Positions 38,620 through 51,701 of a stretch of DNA of 64,000 bases are shown here, in pieces (the stretch's first letter is position 1; every line of letters begins with the position of its first letter). Both the position numbers and the translations under genes were made by a program. Location of the stretch: positions 56,730,001 through 56,794,000 of the forward strand of contig NC_043005.1 in the NCBI RefSeq assembly GCF_006345805.1, read 5' to 3'. The notes beneath the pieces are model-generated. The model had not been told where the DNA came from. It saw only the letters and a list, made by a program, of their open reading frames with translations, and searched no databases. This DNA is from Octopus sinensis (taxonomy: Eukaryota).

Positions 38620-40156
38620 ATATGTGCATGTACGTAGACAGGTAAAAATTCACCGACAAAGTGCTATTTACCTTTTTAATTCTCAACAAAGCACACATTT
38701 TTCCTGAACTAAATATATTCAGCTTTATACCAGCGTTTTAGGGGGGAAAAAACTCTTTCTGGCCCAAACTAATTTTTGTGGAGGGGGGGGAGAAAGTTGT
38801 TTCTCTAAAGAAACGATTTAAAATGAACATTTTTGTGTTAGGGAGCGGGGAAGAGAGAGAGAATAACAGTTGCATATTTACCGCTAAAGTTTTACAAAAT
38901 TAAATCTATTTTTCAATATACGTGAAAAAATACGGAGATTAAGAATACGGAATTTTTTTTTTTAATCTCAAATTTCGTATGAAAACCTTCAAACTGACTG
39001 AAACTGTAAATGGCGATATTCTAAAAATAACAGTCAAATCCCAGGAATTTTTGTGTTTGTGTGTGCACGCACAACAATTTCATTAACTTATACAAATAAA
39101 CAGAAAGTACAGAAATACATATGCCCTACATACCTGTCATATATGTCGGCTTTGTTTTTCGCATCCATGAAGTTCCTGAGGATGACGGAAAAGCTACTCG
39201 ATGCACTCACTAAAAGATTTTGGGGATGGGGCTAATGCAGATTCACACCTGCCCTTCAAAATGCATTTTTCTGAAATAGTTTATTCCGACATATAAAACC
39301 TAGGAATCCAAGTAAATTTTTTCAGAAAAATGCATCTTTCCAGGAGAGATGTGAATCTGCATTAGCACCCCTGGAATCGGCGAAAAATGTTGCTGGTCTT
39401 GGTTTTTGTAGCATATTCGGAGGTCACAGGAATTCATTCAACGAAAAAAAAAATTCCAATGATTCCGGGATGGTAGGAGTTCCCCCTTTCGCCCCTCCCC
39501 ACCTTTTCCGAATCAAGATAAGGGATTTGCAGCATATTAGGAGGTAAGGGTACTTGATTCCAAGCAAAAAAAAAATCCGATTTTTTTCCTTAGTGAAAAT
39601 TTTGCGGGTAAAAAGATCAATAGGGTGAGGGTGAAATTTCCGAGGCTTCCACCTCACCCCACCCCGTTTTTCGAACCCAAAAAGGGTTTTGTAGCATATT
39701 AGGAGGTCACAGGAATTCATTCAACGAAAAAAAAAATTCCACTAATTCCACTAATTCCCCGCTTTTTTCCAAACCTAAAGAAGGAATTTGCAACATATTA
39801 GGAGATCAGGGTACTTGATTCCAAGCAAAAAATCCGAGTTTTCTTTTTTTTTTCTTAGAGAAAATCATGCTGTTGTTAATATACAAATTTACTGCGTTTT
39901 CTGTATGACAGGGAAATACACACACACACGCACACATACACACATACTGACAGAAATAAACACACACACACAAGCACAGAAACACACACACACACACACA
40001 CAGAAACACACACATACACGTACACACGCACGCACGCACAAATACGCATGCGCGCGCAAATAACAAAAGAATTGTATATCTTTCGATTATGACATTACCT
40101 ATGTATGTATCTTTCACTCTCCCTCACTTTCTTCCTCTCCCTTTTTATCTACCTTT

Positions 40157-40197
<41 letters not shown>

Positions 40198-41400
40198 TCA
40201 CACACATGCACGTACTATTTCTCTCTCAACATTTTCTCAAAACTTTTCTTAAAACAGAAATCCGCTTTTCTTTCAAGCCTACATCTTATCTTAACATTTT
40301 ATCTCATAACCTCATTGATCTCTCATGGCTTTCAAGGTAAGGGCGTTCAAGGTAAGGGCGTTCACTTCTTCATTGTCCGTTTACAGATGTATACCCCATC
40401 TTCCAACAAATCTTTACATACATCAATCTACAGGATCTAAGCGATTATTTATTGAAAGTTTCGTTAAATAGTATCCATTTTAGATTACCTTTTAACGAAA
40501 TTTTCAGCAAATAATCGCTTAAATCAGTGGTTCCCAATCGATTTTTGGCCGTGCCCCATCCAATCATTTCTGATGCCCCTTGTGATATTTAATTTTTGTA
40601 ATTCAAAATTCGGTTAATGCTTACCCGTAAACATAATAAAGAAAACATAATGCAACGGATGTAAGAAAAAAATGTGTAGGAAACGAGTATGAAAAAAAAA
40701 ATGCGCAGAAAGCAACGGGGGCGGGGACTTCGGAAAATTCACAAAATCCGAGTTTTTTCCTCATAACTTTTAGGAAAACGGTATTTCTTTAGATGAAATT
40801 TTATATAAGTACTGTTCAACCGGCATAGATTACGATTATAAAGAATTTTATGGAAAGATCTTTTCCGAGGTGTGGGGAGAGGACTTCGGAAAATTCACAA
40901 AATCCGTGTTTTTCGCCCATAACTTGGTGACAGATTATCGTGGATATCGGGTATAAATCCAAATTTTGAATATTCCTCTGAATATTGACGAACCTTTTTT
41001 TTACTTGCACTACTCATTTTATGTATTTTTGAATTGGCATAACTACAGATTTCTGCCCCACCGACTTTGGATGATCATAACTTTCAGAAAAATGGATATT
41101 TTAAATTAAATTGTCTACGAAAATGTGTTATGTAGTGTAGATTCCGAATATATCATATTTGGGGGGGAGGAGGGTTTAGGGTGGGTTTGGTGTGGGGAAT
41201 TTCGGAAAATTCACCGGAGTCCACTTCAATTCGTCTTAACTTTCGAGAATATGGATATTTTTTAATGAAATAGTCTGCAAATATACCTCGGATTATGTAG
41301 ATTCCGAGGACATAGGAATTTGGGGGGAAAACAATTGGGGGCTATTTTTGAGAAATGTTCCCCACTTGCGGGTGTTTCTGAACAAGTCATCCATATTTGT
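38620..41400. repeat. Palindrome- and subrepeat-rich unclassified repeat region
   Basis: Hairpin at 39231-39366, duplicated catattaggaggt units, ggacttcggaaaattcacaaaatccg repeats. Confidence 0.55.
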
Positions 41401-41443
41401 CTTATTTTCTGATTTGTGCGTTTGTGCATCCGTAGATTTCTAC

Positions 41444-41487
<44 letters not shown>

Positions 41488-41511
41488 TACATACATACAT
41501 ACATACATACA

Positions 41512-41547
<36 letters not shown>

Positions 41548-41627
41548 TATATATATGTGACCTCGTGTGTACCGTTGCCGACTTTTTTTCCTCTGATTTC
41601 CCTTCTCTGGATCTTTCCTCCTCCTAT

Positions 41628-41661
41628 GTTTCCGACGAAGAGCACGCTCGAAACGTTAAAC
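41628..41661 (+). ncRNA. Ultra-minimal hammerhead-like motif (U4C variant) in a PLE-end-like repeat
   Basis: gttt-CCGACGA-a-gagc[ac]gctc-GAAA-CG-T-T-aaac. Stem I gttt/aaac; ACGT palindrome as stem III. Confidence 0.5.
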
Positions 41662-41795
41662 CCTTCTTCTTTCCTTCTTTCCTGAGCGTCCAATAATACT
41701 ATATTTGTTCCACGTCCTCGCGTTGTTGTGTGTTTTTTTGTGCTTTCTTGTTTGGATTAACTATATATATATATGCACACACGCACGCGCACACA

Positions 41796-41842
<47 letters not shown>

Positions 41843-41844
41843 CT

Positions 41845-42494
41845 GTAATTAAAAAAGTTCAAATGGGGGATTATTTCATTCAATATTATGTTTATTATAG
41901 AGATTATGTAAAAAAAAATTATACTTTACACTTCTATATTTTACTGTGCGTGTATATTCCTTATTTTTGCTTCTGGTGTCACGATGCCAGCGTTTTACAA
42001 GGTCATATGATGGGGCATCATCACCATAAGTTACTTTCATTTCATCAAAAGTCTCCCGTGGTGTGCGTCCTTTCAAATACAAAAACCGGATCACTGCTCG
42101 TCACTCAACAGGCTCCATTTCACACTTGACTCGGTTCAAACACCTGTAAATCAGAAACCACAGGTGTCTTTTGCATTTCTATTAGAAACGTTTGCCTGGG
42201 AATTTACTTAAAGCGAAGAAACATCGTATGCAACAGATAAGTCGTCTTAATAACATATTTCTTGTCGCCAGATCAGAAGCACAGGCGTATGGCTATGAAC
42301 TCCTCCCCATCTCCCTACTTTCCTGACCTTGCACCCTCTGATTTTCACCACTTCCCAATCATGAAGTTGTTTTTGAAAGGAAAGCGTTTCCCAGATGATG
42401 CAGCCTTGATTTCTGAAGTCACGTTGTGCCAAGTTTCGTTGTTCTACTGCTATGGGAAGTGGGTCAGGGGCATTACTTATTGAATGCCCCTCGT
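41845..42494. mobile_element. Rearranged mariner fragments (5' part on minus, 3' part and TIR on plus)
   Basis: MIRFLYLKGRTPRETFDEMKVTYGDDAPSY (-), YFPDLAPSDFH.FP.MK..LKGKRF (+), TIR ending gaatgcccctcgta. Confidence 0.75.
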
Positions 42495-42756
42495 ATCTCT
42501 CTCTTTCACACATTACTCTCTCTGTCTCTTCACACACACTAACAGAAGCAATTCACTTACACAACATACTTTCTGTCTCCCACACCCCACCAAACACACG
42601 CACACACACACACACATGTACATCAATGCTTCCCATGCACGGTAACTTTAAATATGGAGATATGGTTATATATAATTAGTTATATGTGTATGGGTGTATA
42701 TATAGTTTATTTTTTGTTTTGTTTTATATTTTATATTGATATTTTAGATTGGAAGT

Positions 42757-42799
42757 CCACCTGAAGATTGTCGATCAGGACAAGAAACAATTGTAGTGG
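42757..42799 (+). ncRNA. Canonical minimal type I hammerhead ribozyme
   Basis: ccac-CTGAAGA-ttgtc[gatcag]gacaa-GAAA-CAATTG-T-A-gtgg. All three stems pair, palindromic ACAATTGT stem III, GUA site. Confidence 0.82.
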
Positions 42800-43110
42800 C
42801 GGTTTTTTTTACTTTTTATTAAAATTTTATGTATTGATTAAGTCTTTCCTTGTTTGTTTTGCAAAATAGTGGTTTTGTCTCTAATAATATTTTATAATAT
42901 TTTACTATAAAATTGGATTTAATCCTAAATCTGATTTTTTCCCTGTAAATTTGGATTTATTCCCTAATATTTATTATTTATATATATATATATATATATT
43001 CACACTGGGAGAGGGAGCCTATAAAATTAGATAGACAGACAGTTATAGGTCGTAACACACACATTAACAAACTTACACAGGTAATCATGATTTTAAAATG
43101 GTGCATAGTA

Positions 43111-43158
<48 letters not shown>

Positions 43159-43168
43159 CATACATACA

Positions 43169-43230
<62 letters not shown>

Positions 43231-43864
43231 TATATATATGTATGTATGTATGTTTGTGTGTGTGTGTGTGTATGTATATATATGTATGTATGTGCGTGTG
43301 TGAGTGAGTGTTTCTTTGCGATAGATGCAGAGAATACACCTACCCCTTCTCTCCTTAAAGCTACGTATTTCTCACACCCACTTTTCTTTCCCTTCCTTAG
43401 CGTTTTAAAAGTTGATTATTTGTATGTGTGTGTTTGTAGTGTGTGCGTATGTGTGTGTGTTTGTTTGTATGTACCTATGCATCTACGGAAGTATGTATGC
43501 AGCGCTACGTGCTTACCTGTGAATGACAGCTGTATTAACGTTTTTTTCCTCCCACTGCCACTCCATATTTGTTGCTTACACAACACTATTCTTCCCTTCC
43601 CTGATATCAGCCACACTCACTATGCTACCACATTTTCCTCACATTAATACTCTTCGACCCTTCTCATTTTATCAAATAGTACCCCAACCCCACTAGGGAG
43701 CCCATTATAGATTTTTATTGAAATCCAATTAGCCTATAATTGAACTGGGTGTTAGTTTAACATGTATGCAAAGTTTTGTCAACATTGGTTTACTGGTGTA
43801 GACAGCGAGATGATAACAGACGGATCGCCAGATAAAAATTGCCATTTATGTATAAGATATATAG

Positions 43865-44270
43865 ATGCAAGAGTGACTGTGTGGTAAGAGGTTTGCTTCC
43901 CAACCACATGGTTCCGGATTCAATCCTATTGCATGGCACCGTAGGCAAGTGTCTTCTACTATAGCTTTGGGCCCACCAAAGCCTTATGAGTGGATTTGGT
44001 AGACAGAAACTGAAAGAAGCCTGTCATATATATATGTATATATCTATCTATGTATGTATGTGTCTGTGTTTGTCCCTCCATCACCACTTGACAACCGGTG
44101 TTGATGTTTTGGTTTTATGTCCCCCGTAACTTAGCAGTTCGGCAAAAGAAACCAATAGAGTAAGTACCAAGCTTAACAAGTAAGTTCTGGGGTCGATTCA
44201 TTCGACTAAAAATTCAATGCGATGCCCCAGCATGGCCACAATTTAATGATTGAAGCAAGTAAAAGATACA
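43865..44270 (+). mobile_element. tRNA-derived SINE
   Basis: gtgactgtgtggtaagaggtttgcttccc...ggattcaatcc head and a family-typical body. Confidence 0.75.
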
Positions 44271-45347
44271 TATATAAAATGTAAATGAGCAACAGTAGAG
44301 GTACAGGTGTCAATCTGTTACGGCCGTTTCTAACGACACCTTTAATCGATTAATGAAAGCATTACAGCATTGTAAAGAAACCGTTTTCGTTAGATGAGTT
44401 CATGAACTTCAAAATACAGGATATTCGAAATAATTTGATGTAGTTTATAATCCACTTAGCAAAAACATTTACAGTGATTCTGCTACTATTTCAGTTGACA
44501 TATATGTTTGAATATGTTGATCAACATCCCTACACTGGGTATTCCGTCATCTGAGACAAGTTGAGTATGCGTAGGAAAGTTCTAGACACAAAATTTAAAG
44601 TAGATAGAAGTATAAAGTTCAAAGCCCATCTTGTTCAGAAGGGTATGAACGCTTATCCATATTTCCGTCAAGGTGTACCTCCTTACATGTTATCCGAGGT
44701 ATTTCCAAGCAGCGGGTTGAGTGATTCATTCAGGTTCATAGGATAAATCTAGCAGTTAATGTTCATGCGGATAGTGTAAGAAAAGTGATCAGCAGAAAGA
44801 CAGTAACGTGCTTATACTGTCTCTTCATAAGCTCGTCTCCATCGTCTTGGCTTAATAGCCCTCACCGTTTGTTTTTACTGTTTTGTTCTCATTGTTCTGT
44901 CTTTTATTGTTTTTACTGTTTTGTTCTCACTGTCCTGATCTTGTTACCACTTGCACCCTCTGCAAAAAATCCCAAATTTTATTTAATTTGCTTTGCGGGA
45001 AGGACTGTTTCAACGAAGCCGCGTCTTGTCCTTGCCTTCGTAAGGTGGAGTAGTTGAAACAGGGACAACTGAAGAAGAGGAATATTCTTTATGTTGTATG
45101 TTTTGTTTTTTTTGTTTTTTTCGTTGTTCGAAAAAAGTTTGTTTCTATGTTTTTGTTTTTATGTTTTCGTTTCTCATTGTGTTCAACGTTTTTTTTATGT
45201 CCCATATATGCATGTATATATACATATATATCTAGGTATGTCCATATATGTATGTATTTATGCATATATTTATGTATTATTTATATTATTATATGATCGA
45301 ACGCCACGCATCCTTTTCCAAGTAAATTTTATCTATCATTCTATCTA

Positions 45348-45393
<46 letters not shown>

Positions 45394-46298
45394 CGTGTGT
45401 ATGTATGTATGTATGTATGTATGTATGTATGTATGTATGTATGCAGTTGTTGAAGTTGGGGGAGTTTGAATCATAGATGACAGGTACACTTTTTGAAGAA
45501 ATTTTTCCTCATCTTTGATCCGATTGTAACTGAGGTAACTGATAAAATATCTGGGTAAGTTTTGATGTTTAACCATCAATATTCTTTTCTCTGTTGGATT
45601 CTATATTAATTTTTCCCACACTAAGATCCAGTTTGATTATCTTCAAGTTTTAAAAAAAATGTCTTAATTGAAGCAAAGTGGGTAATGGCTAATTTTCATA
45701 ATTTCTACTTTTAACTGTATTGTGCATAGACATATCTGAAAGACAGCCTCTCCAGCAGCTTGTGAAGAAGCTACAGAAATATTTTATGTTGAGTTCTTAG
45801 ATTTAGTCGAGTTTCGTTAATTTCATATCATGTGCTATTTTTTCACGATCATCTTTCATTTGACCAAGATATTTAAAATTTTTGTTACAGTTCTGATCTT
45901 TCCGATGTCTAAGAATGGATCTTTATGTGTATGAGTCTTTTTCAAATGTAATTATGGAGAATTAGAATGGCAAATATGCCTTATGATGTCTTAGTCATTT
46001 TACGCCGTCTGAATTTGTCTTTTATATGCTCAAAGAGGATAGTGATAATTTTTTCAAATAGTGTTCTGAATAGTTTCTGCCGCATTTAAAGAAAGTCCTT
46101 ACTTAGCTGATACAGTTTTTGCAAGGTAGTGAACGTTTATAACAAATATACTTTCCTCAAAGTAAAAAATGCAGTAAATATTACTCATTGTGCCCCACCT
46201 ACCCACTATTGGAAATTGGAAAAGCAGGCTTTTGGAATAGCTGTTTGAATTTCCCTATTTCTACACCCACTCCCTCAGACACACACATACACTCACGC

Positions 46299-46346
<48 letters not shown>

Positions 46347-47524
46347 ATCGTGCCTTTGGAACAGCAAAAACCACTAAAATGAACTTTTGTGTTTTTCGTA
46401 ATTTTATCGTATTCCACATTCTGAAACATTTTGTAACTCGCATTAAAAGAAAAAAATCTTACACCTTCTTCAATCTTTCATTGTACTTTTGACAATGAAG
46501 GAAAAGCTTAACTCCGCAAGTGGATGTTTAAGAAATAAAATTTGATTTCTCAAAAATATATCTATAAGCGACATTTTCAGTCATTTATTTGAACTTTTTC
46601 TGCTAACTCATTAAATTCAATTACATGAGATAGATGGGATTTGAGATTTAAATTTGGTAATATTCCAACATTTTCATTTTTGTTCATGAGGATCCCACGG
46701 AAATTGAAGTGCCCTAGGTCGCCATGGTTTAAATCCGGTCCTGTATATATACTTATAGTCGTTTTATGAAGTTTGTGTTACGTTGTATTGACTTGCAGTG
46801 AAAATTACCGTGATTTTAATCTATCTATCCATGCATGCATACATACGTACATGTATGTATGTATTATGTATGTATGCATGCATGTATGTATGTGTAGCGT
46901 GACACAAGAAGACAGTGACATTTTGTACGAGATCTCGCCGGCGGCCATCGCCAGGTCCGAGACAAGAGCGAGATCTCGCCTACAACCATGTTTACCATGT
47001 AGGAGAGTGGATAGTGATAGTGTAGGTCGTCCACAATTTCATAGAGATCACACAAATATATTAACCAAACATCCCAAATATTCACATACGCGTCAGATAC
47101 GTTGAATGCACACAACAAAATTACGGAGAAAAATTATTCCAAACCGAGGTACAAAATATTTACCGAAAGAATAAAATCTGGTACCGATTATAATTGTATT
47201 TTAATTGATTCAAATTAATGTACTTCATCTTGAAAAGTGGCAAAATTTTTGTCGGTTGCCATCTGGGATAATTTCTGTGTTTATCCATAACGTTATTGCT
47301 TTTACACCTGTTAATTAAATTTACCTGAATAAAAGTAAAATTTACTTAGCAAGACCATCTAAAATTACATAACTATAAACCACCCACTGACAAAATTTCA
47401 AATCTGGGAGTAAAAAATTTACAAAGTTACAAGTAAATGTTGTGGACACCGCTCTTGAACCTGAATAATTCAAAATAACATGAACATATATATATATATA
47501 TATATATGTTGATAAAAATGGTAA

Positions 47525-47760
47525 GACCATCATCGTTTAACATCCGCTTTCGATGCTGGCATGGGTTGGACGGTTTGACTGAAGACTGGCAAGCCAGGGC
47601 CTGCTCAGGACTCCAATCTGATCTGGCAAGATATCTACAGCTGGTCCCCTTCCTAACGCCAACCACTCCAAGAGTGTATTGGATATTTTTACGTGCCACT
47701 GGCACGAGGACCGGTCAGGCAGCACTGGCATCGACTACACTCGAATGGTGCCACGCTCGA
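47525..47760 (-). mobile_element. RTE-tail SINE-like copy
   Basis: catcgtttaacatccgc...gcatgggttggacgg. Confidence 0.7.
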
Positions 47761-47773
47761 ATACACACACACA

Positions 47774-47856
<83 letters not shown>

Positions 47857-47908
47857 AATAAATGGTGGGGTTGTGTTGACCGCACGTGGAGAAATGATAA
47901 GCAAAGAA

Positions 47909-47981
47909 ATTGTAAAAAGGCAGAATGCTAAATTGAAAGAAAATTTTAATGAAAATGGGTGTATGGAAAAGTTTTTGAAAA
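47909..47981 (+). repeat. 73-bp inverted repeat arm (partner 50618-50690)
   Basis: attgtaaaaaggcagaatgc(t/c)aaattgaaag...gtttttgaaaa, one mismatch. Confidence 0.92.
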
Positions 47982-48003
47982 ATTGATAAAATATATATAT
48001 ATT

Positions 48004-48045
48004 AATTCAAACCGGTTTTCGTCATAATGTGACTTTTCAAGAATT
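48004..48045 (-). ncRNA. Type I hammerhead ribozyme, U3-A8 variant, downstream of a PLE
   Basis: Minus strand: aattc-TTGAAAA-gtca[catta]tgac-GAAA-ACCGGT-T-T-gaatt. 5-bp stem I, 4-bp stem II, palindromic AACCGGTT stem III. Confidence 0.7.
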
Positions 48046-48723
48046 GTAAAGAAAAGAAATTTTTTAAATGTGAGGAGGGGGAAAAAAGAAAATTATATTG
48101 TTTTTTGCAGAAAAATAAAAATAAATATATACAAAAATTAAAAAATAGGTACTCCGATACATTATAAAGTCTTTGTGTATCTTGAGTTTAATGATTGTTC
48201 ACGAAAAAATTACCTTGAAGTATTGAGATCCAATGGGATTAAATCCATGTGTTGTTTAATTTAATTAAGGGTGTCTCTTAAGTGCCTGGCAAAAGAGGAA
48301 GTAGTGGTAGTCCAGTTCGTATGTTGTGAATAAGGGGAGACAACTCTATGGGTTTTGAGCTCTTCAATTTGTGTTTATCAATTTTTTGTAATAAAGGGTG
48401 TTAATAAACCTTAAATTAAAAAATTATCATTTTAGCTTCATTTGCATTATCTTTTTTATATAATTGTTTGTTAACTTAACATTCAGATTTTAACACTTTA
48501 TTTATATTGTTTTCTGATTATATAAATTTGCATAAACCAATTTATAATTACATTTCAGATTGTTATGTCATATATAATAAAAATAATAATAATAATAATA
48601 ACAACAGTAATAATAATGATATTTAAAGAATATAAGTTTTAGCTTGAGGTGATGACTGCATGGTATCCTTATATATTTGTGTTAGTCCATCCATGAAGAA
48701 TGAGGTAGAAAAAAGAAGTATGA

Positions 48724-50617
48724 TCAACGAGGAGTTTCCATATTAAGATGCGTTTTGAATTTTTCAATAAAGAGATTCTCCTTGTTAATTCTCTCCTGTG
48801 TGGTGATTCCGTCTTTACATTGGTAGAAGGGGAATATGTAGAATTTGGGATTTTTGTCTTTAGCGCATGAGTCTATGTGGTCACTCAGTGGGATTTGCCG
48901 GTATTCCGGAGTTTTTTTTTTCTTTATGCACCGCTACTCTTTTACGTAACGGGAGGCTCGTTTGTCCAACATAATTATGTTGGCAACCAGCGCATGTGAG
49001 AACGTAGATAAGGTTCTCGGAGGAACAGGAGAAGTTGGTCTTGATTTTAAACTTCGTTCCTTGTTTGAAGATAAATTCAGAGCCTTCAAGTAGGAAGGGG
49101 CAGGTGCCACAGTTTGGGCGTGCACATTATTTAACTGCTGGGGTGGATGTGGTGTGTGAAGTTTGGCATTTGTCAAGAGTTTTTTAAAGATTTGTGTTGC
49201 CTTTTACATTTGAGGATTTTGTGTGTATTTATAATGTTTTTCATTTTTGGGTCTGTTGACAGTAGACTGATGTTTTGTATGATTGTGGTGTATGCTTCGA
49301 TATTTTTGGGGTTGTGGGTGGAAATGTATGGAAGTATTTTGGGGTTGTGTGTGTTGTTGGGTTGGGTGGTTTTCAGTGTAATGTTGTCTAGTTCTTTGGC
49401 GTGTTTTATTCCATGCTCTATAAGGGTGGAGGGATATTGGCGTTGTAATAGTGTTTTTTGAGGTCTTGAAGGCGTATTTCTTGAGTTTTGGGATCCGAGA
49501 TAATGGTGCATACCCTTTTAGCTAAGTTGAAAGGGATATTTGTCTTGGTGTGTTTTGGGTGGCATGAACTAAAGAGGAGGTATTGTTGTGAGTCTGTAGG
49601 TTTGAGGTAGATGTCTGTTATGATTTGGTTCTTAGGTGTTTTTATAATTAGGAGATCAAGGAAAGGAAGATGATGTTTGCTTAATTCCATAGTGAATTGG
49701 ATGTTGGGATGTATGTTGTTCAGTATGGTTTTGAATTCCAGAAGTTTTTCATAAGGTTCTTTCCATATGATGAAACAATCATCCAAATACCTTTTCCAGT
49801 TTTCCATTAGGTAGGTGTGGAAAACATGTCCAAATTTCTGGCGTGATATCTCATAGAGTGATAGTTCGAAGAAACCCATTATGAGGTTCGCAAGGACTGG
49901 TGCAGCCTTGGTACCCATCGCAATACCACATTTTTGACGGTAGTGTGTGTTGTCGAAGAGGAAATAATTGTTTGTCAGAATGAACTTGAGTGATTCCGTA
50001 ATAAAGGTCTTGTGAATGCGGTCAGGGAATGTCTCTGGGTGTTTTTCTAGCCAGAAATCAATTGCCTCAATACCATATTCATGCGGGATGTTGGTGTAGA
50101 GGTTGATGACATCAAAGGATACCAGGAGCGCCTCCTCGTTAACTGTTTTCGGGAGGTGTTTGAGCATGTCCAGATCATCCCTAATGAAACTTTTGATGGG
50201 GGTAAGGAAAGGTTTCAAAAGGATGTCTAGGAAATTACTCAGGCGGTGTGTTTCACAGGAGGTGCCAGCCACGATGGGCCTTAGTTTTAGGTCCTCCGGT
50301 GCTTTGATGTTGGTGTGGATGTCAGAGGAGAGTTTGCAGGCTTCGATGATGTATTTATTTTTATGGATTTTAGGAAGGCCATAAAAAAGGCTAGGCTTGC
50401 ATTTGAAATTGGTGATATAATCCTTTCTTTTTCTGTGAGTCCCTGACCGTGTTGGAGTATGAGTGTGGTGAGGTTTTTGATTGTTTTTTGTTGTTTATAG
50501 TTGTTAATAACCTCATAGAAAGTGTTGTTGTTTAGCATGGAAAGCACTAGGTATTTATAAAACTCCGTGTCCATTAGAACCACAGCGCTCCCTTTGTCGG
50601 CTTCTTTGATGGTAAGG
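48724..50617 (-). mobile_element. Penelope-like element (RT + GIY-YIG), 5'-truncated, multiple frameshifts
   Basis: IKEADKG, LVSFDVINLY, GIAMGT, WKRYLDD, SCHPKHTKTNIPFNLAKR, then LIYVLTCAGCQHNYVGQT...KFKTHLN, stop at 48724-48726. Confidence 0.92.
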
Positions 50618-50690
50618 TTTTCAAAAACTTTTCCATACACCCATTTTCATTAAAATTTTCTTTCAATTTGGCATTCTGCCTTTTTACAAT

Positions 50691-51701
50691 CATCTTCATA
50701 CTTGCTTCCTCCTTCTCTGACTCATTGTCACACAGCTTCTCAATTATTTTTCCACTTTCCTTTTCCGTCTCACTTTTATCATATTTCTTTCTCGTTACCT
50801 CTTTCTCTTCCACCTCTTCCTTCTTCTTTTTCTGATTAGCCGGTGGCGGGCCCACCTCTGCTCTCCTCCTTCTTTTTCTTTCCACTAGCGTGAATTCTTC
50901 TTCCGCTGTTTTCTCATTATTCTCGACTGTCACTGCCTGTTCGACTTTTTGTTTAGTCTCTCTCTGTTCTTTTCGTGGGTATCTCGCCTTCATGTGCCCC
51001 TTTTCGCCACATTCGTAGCACACAGGCGGTCTTCCCTCCACCTTCATTCTTAGTGTAAAACCGTCAGGTAACACTATCTCCTCTGTTATTTTGTTCAGAT
51101 CTTCCACTGTTGCCTGGATTGTTAGCTCCAACCCGTAGCCCCAGTAGTCCAACTTGTTTGTTCTGTTGGACTTCAATATTCTGGCCTCGTCTTCCATGTT
51201 GTACATAATGGCCGTCATTAGCCATGCCTCCTCCAGCTCAGGGGGCACCTGGCCCACCCGAACTCTCGCCACACGTTTGCCGCAATAGGATGGCAGAAGA
51301 ATCCATTCTTCTGAGCGGATTGCCTCCGTAGCATGCCTTATCGTTTCCTCTTCCGATGTGAAACGCACATCCACAGTTGCATATTTTCTGCCGCTTGTTC
51401 TAAAGGTTATCACCTTGTCCATGCTTTCCAACACCTTCTCAATCTCCTCTACAGTTGCTATGTCGATTTTTCTTGTAGCGACCTTCATGGTCTTGTATGT
51501 CACTGTCTTCTTCATAACGCTGTTCATTAGTTCTTCGAGTGACGACAATTTTATCTTGTCGCCTTCTTTTTTCAGTAGCTTCTCGCTAGCTTTCATTTTC
51601 CTGGGCTCGACCTTTATTTCAAAGGTCTCTAATGCTTCTTTCTCTGCTTCTCTTCCAGTTGCGGCTGCATAGCTGTGGCCTCCCGCTGGCGCCTTCTCCA
51701 T
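50691..51701 (-). mobile_element. L1/Tx1-clade ORF1 (RRM-like region + CCHC knuckle), ORF2 absent
   Basis: SYAAAT, VARVRVGQVPPE, VEGRPPVCYECGEKGHMKARYP (last Cys replaced by Tyr), K/E-rich tail. Confidence 0.75.

Noticed and set aside
44561-44746. KFKAHLVQKG resembling Copia RT KYKARLVAKG
   Set aside because: Single short motif with no supporting flanking motifs.
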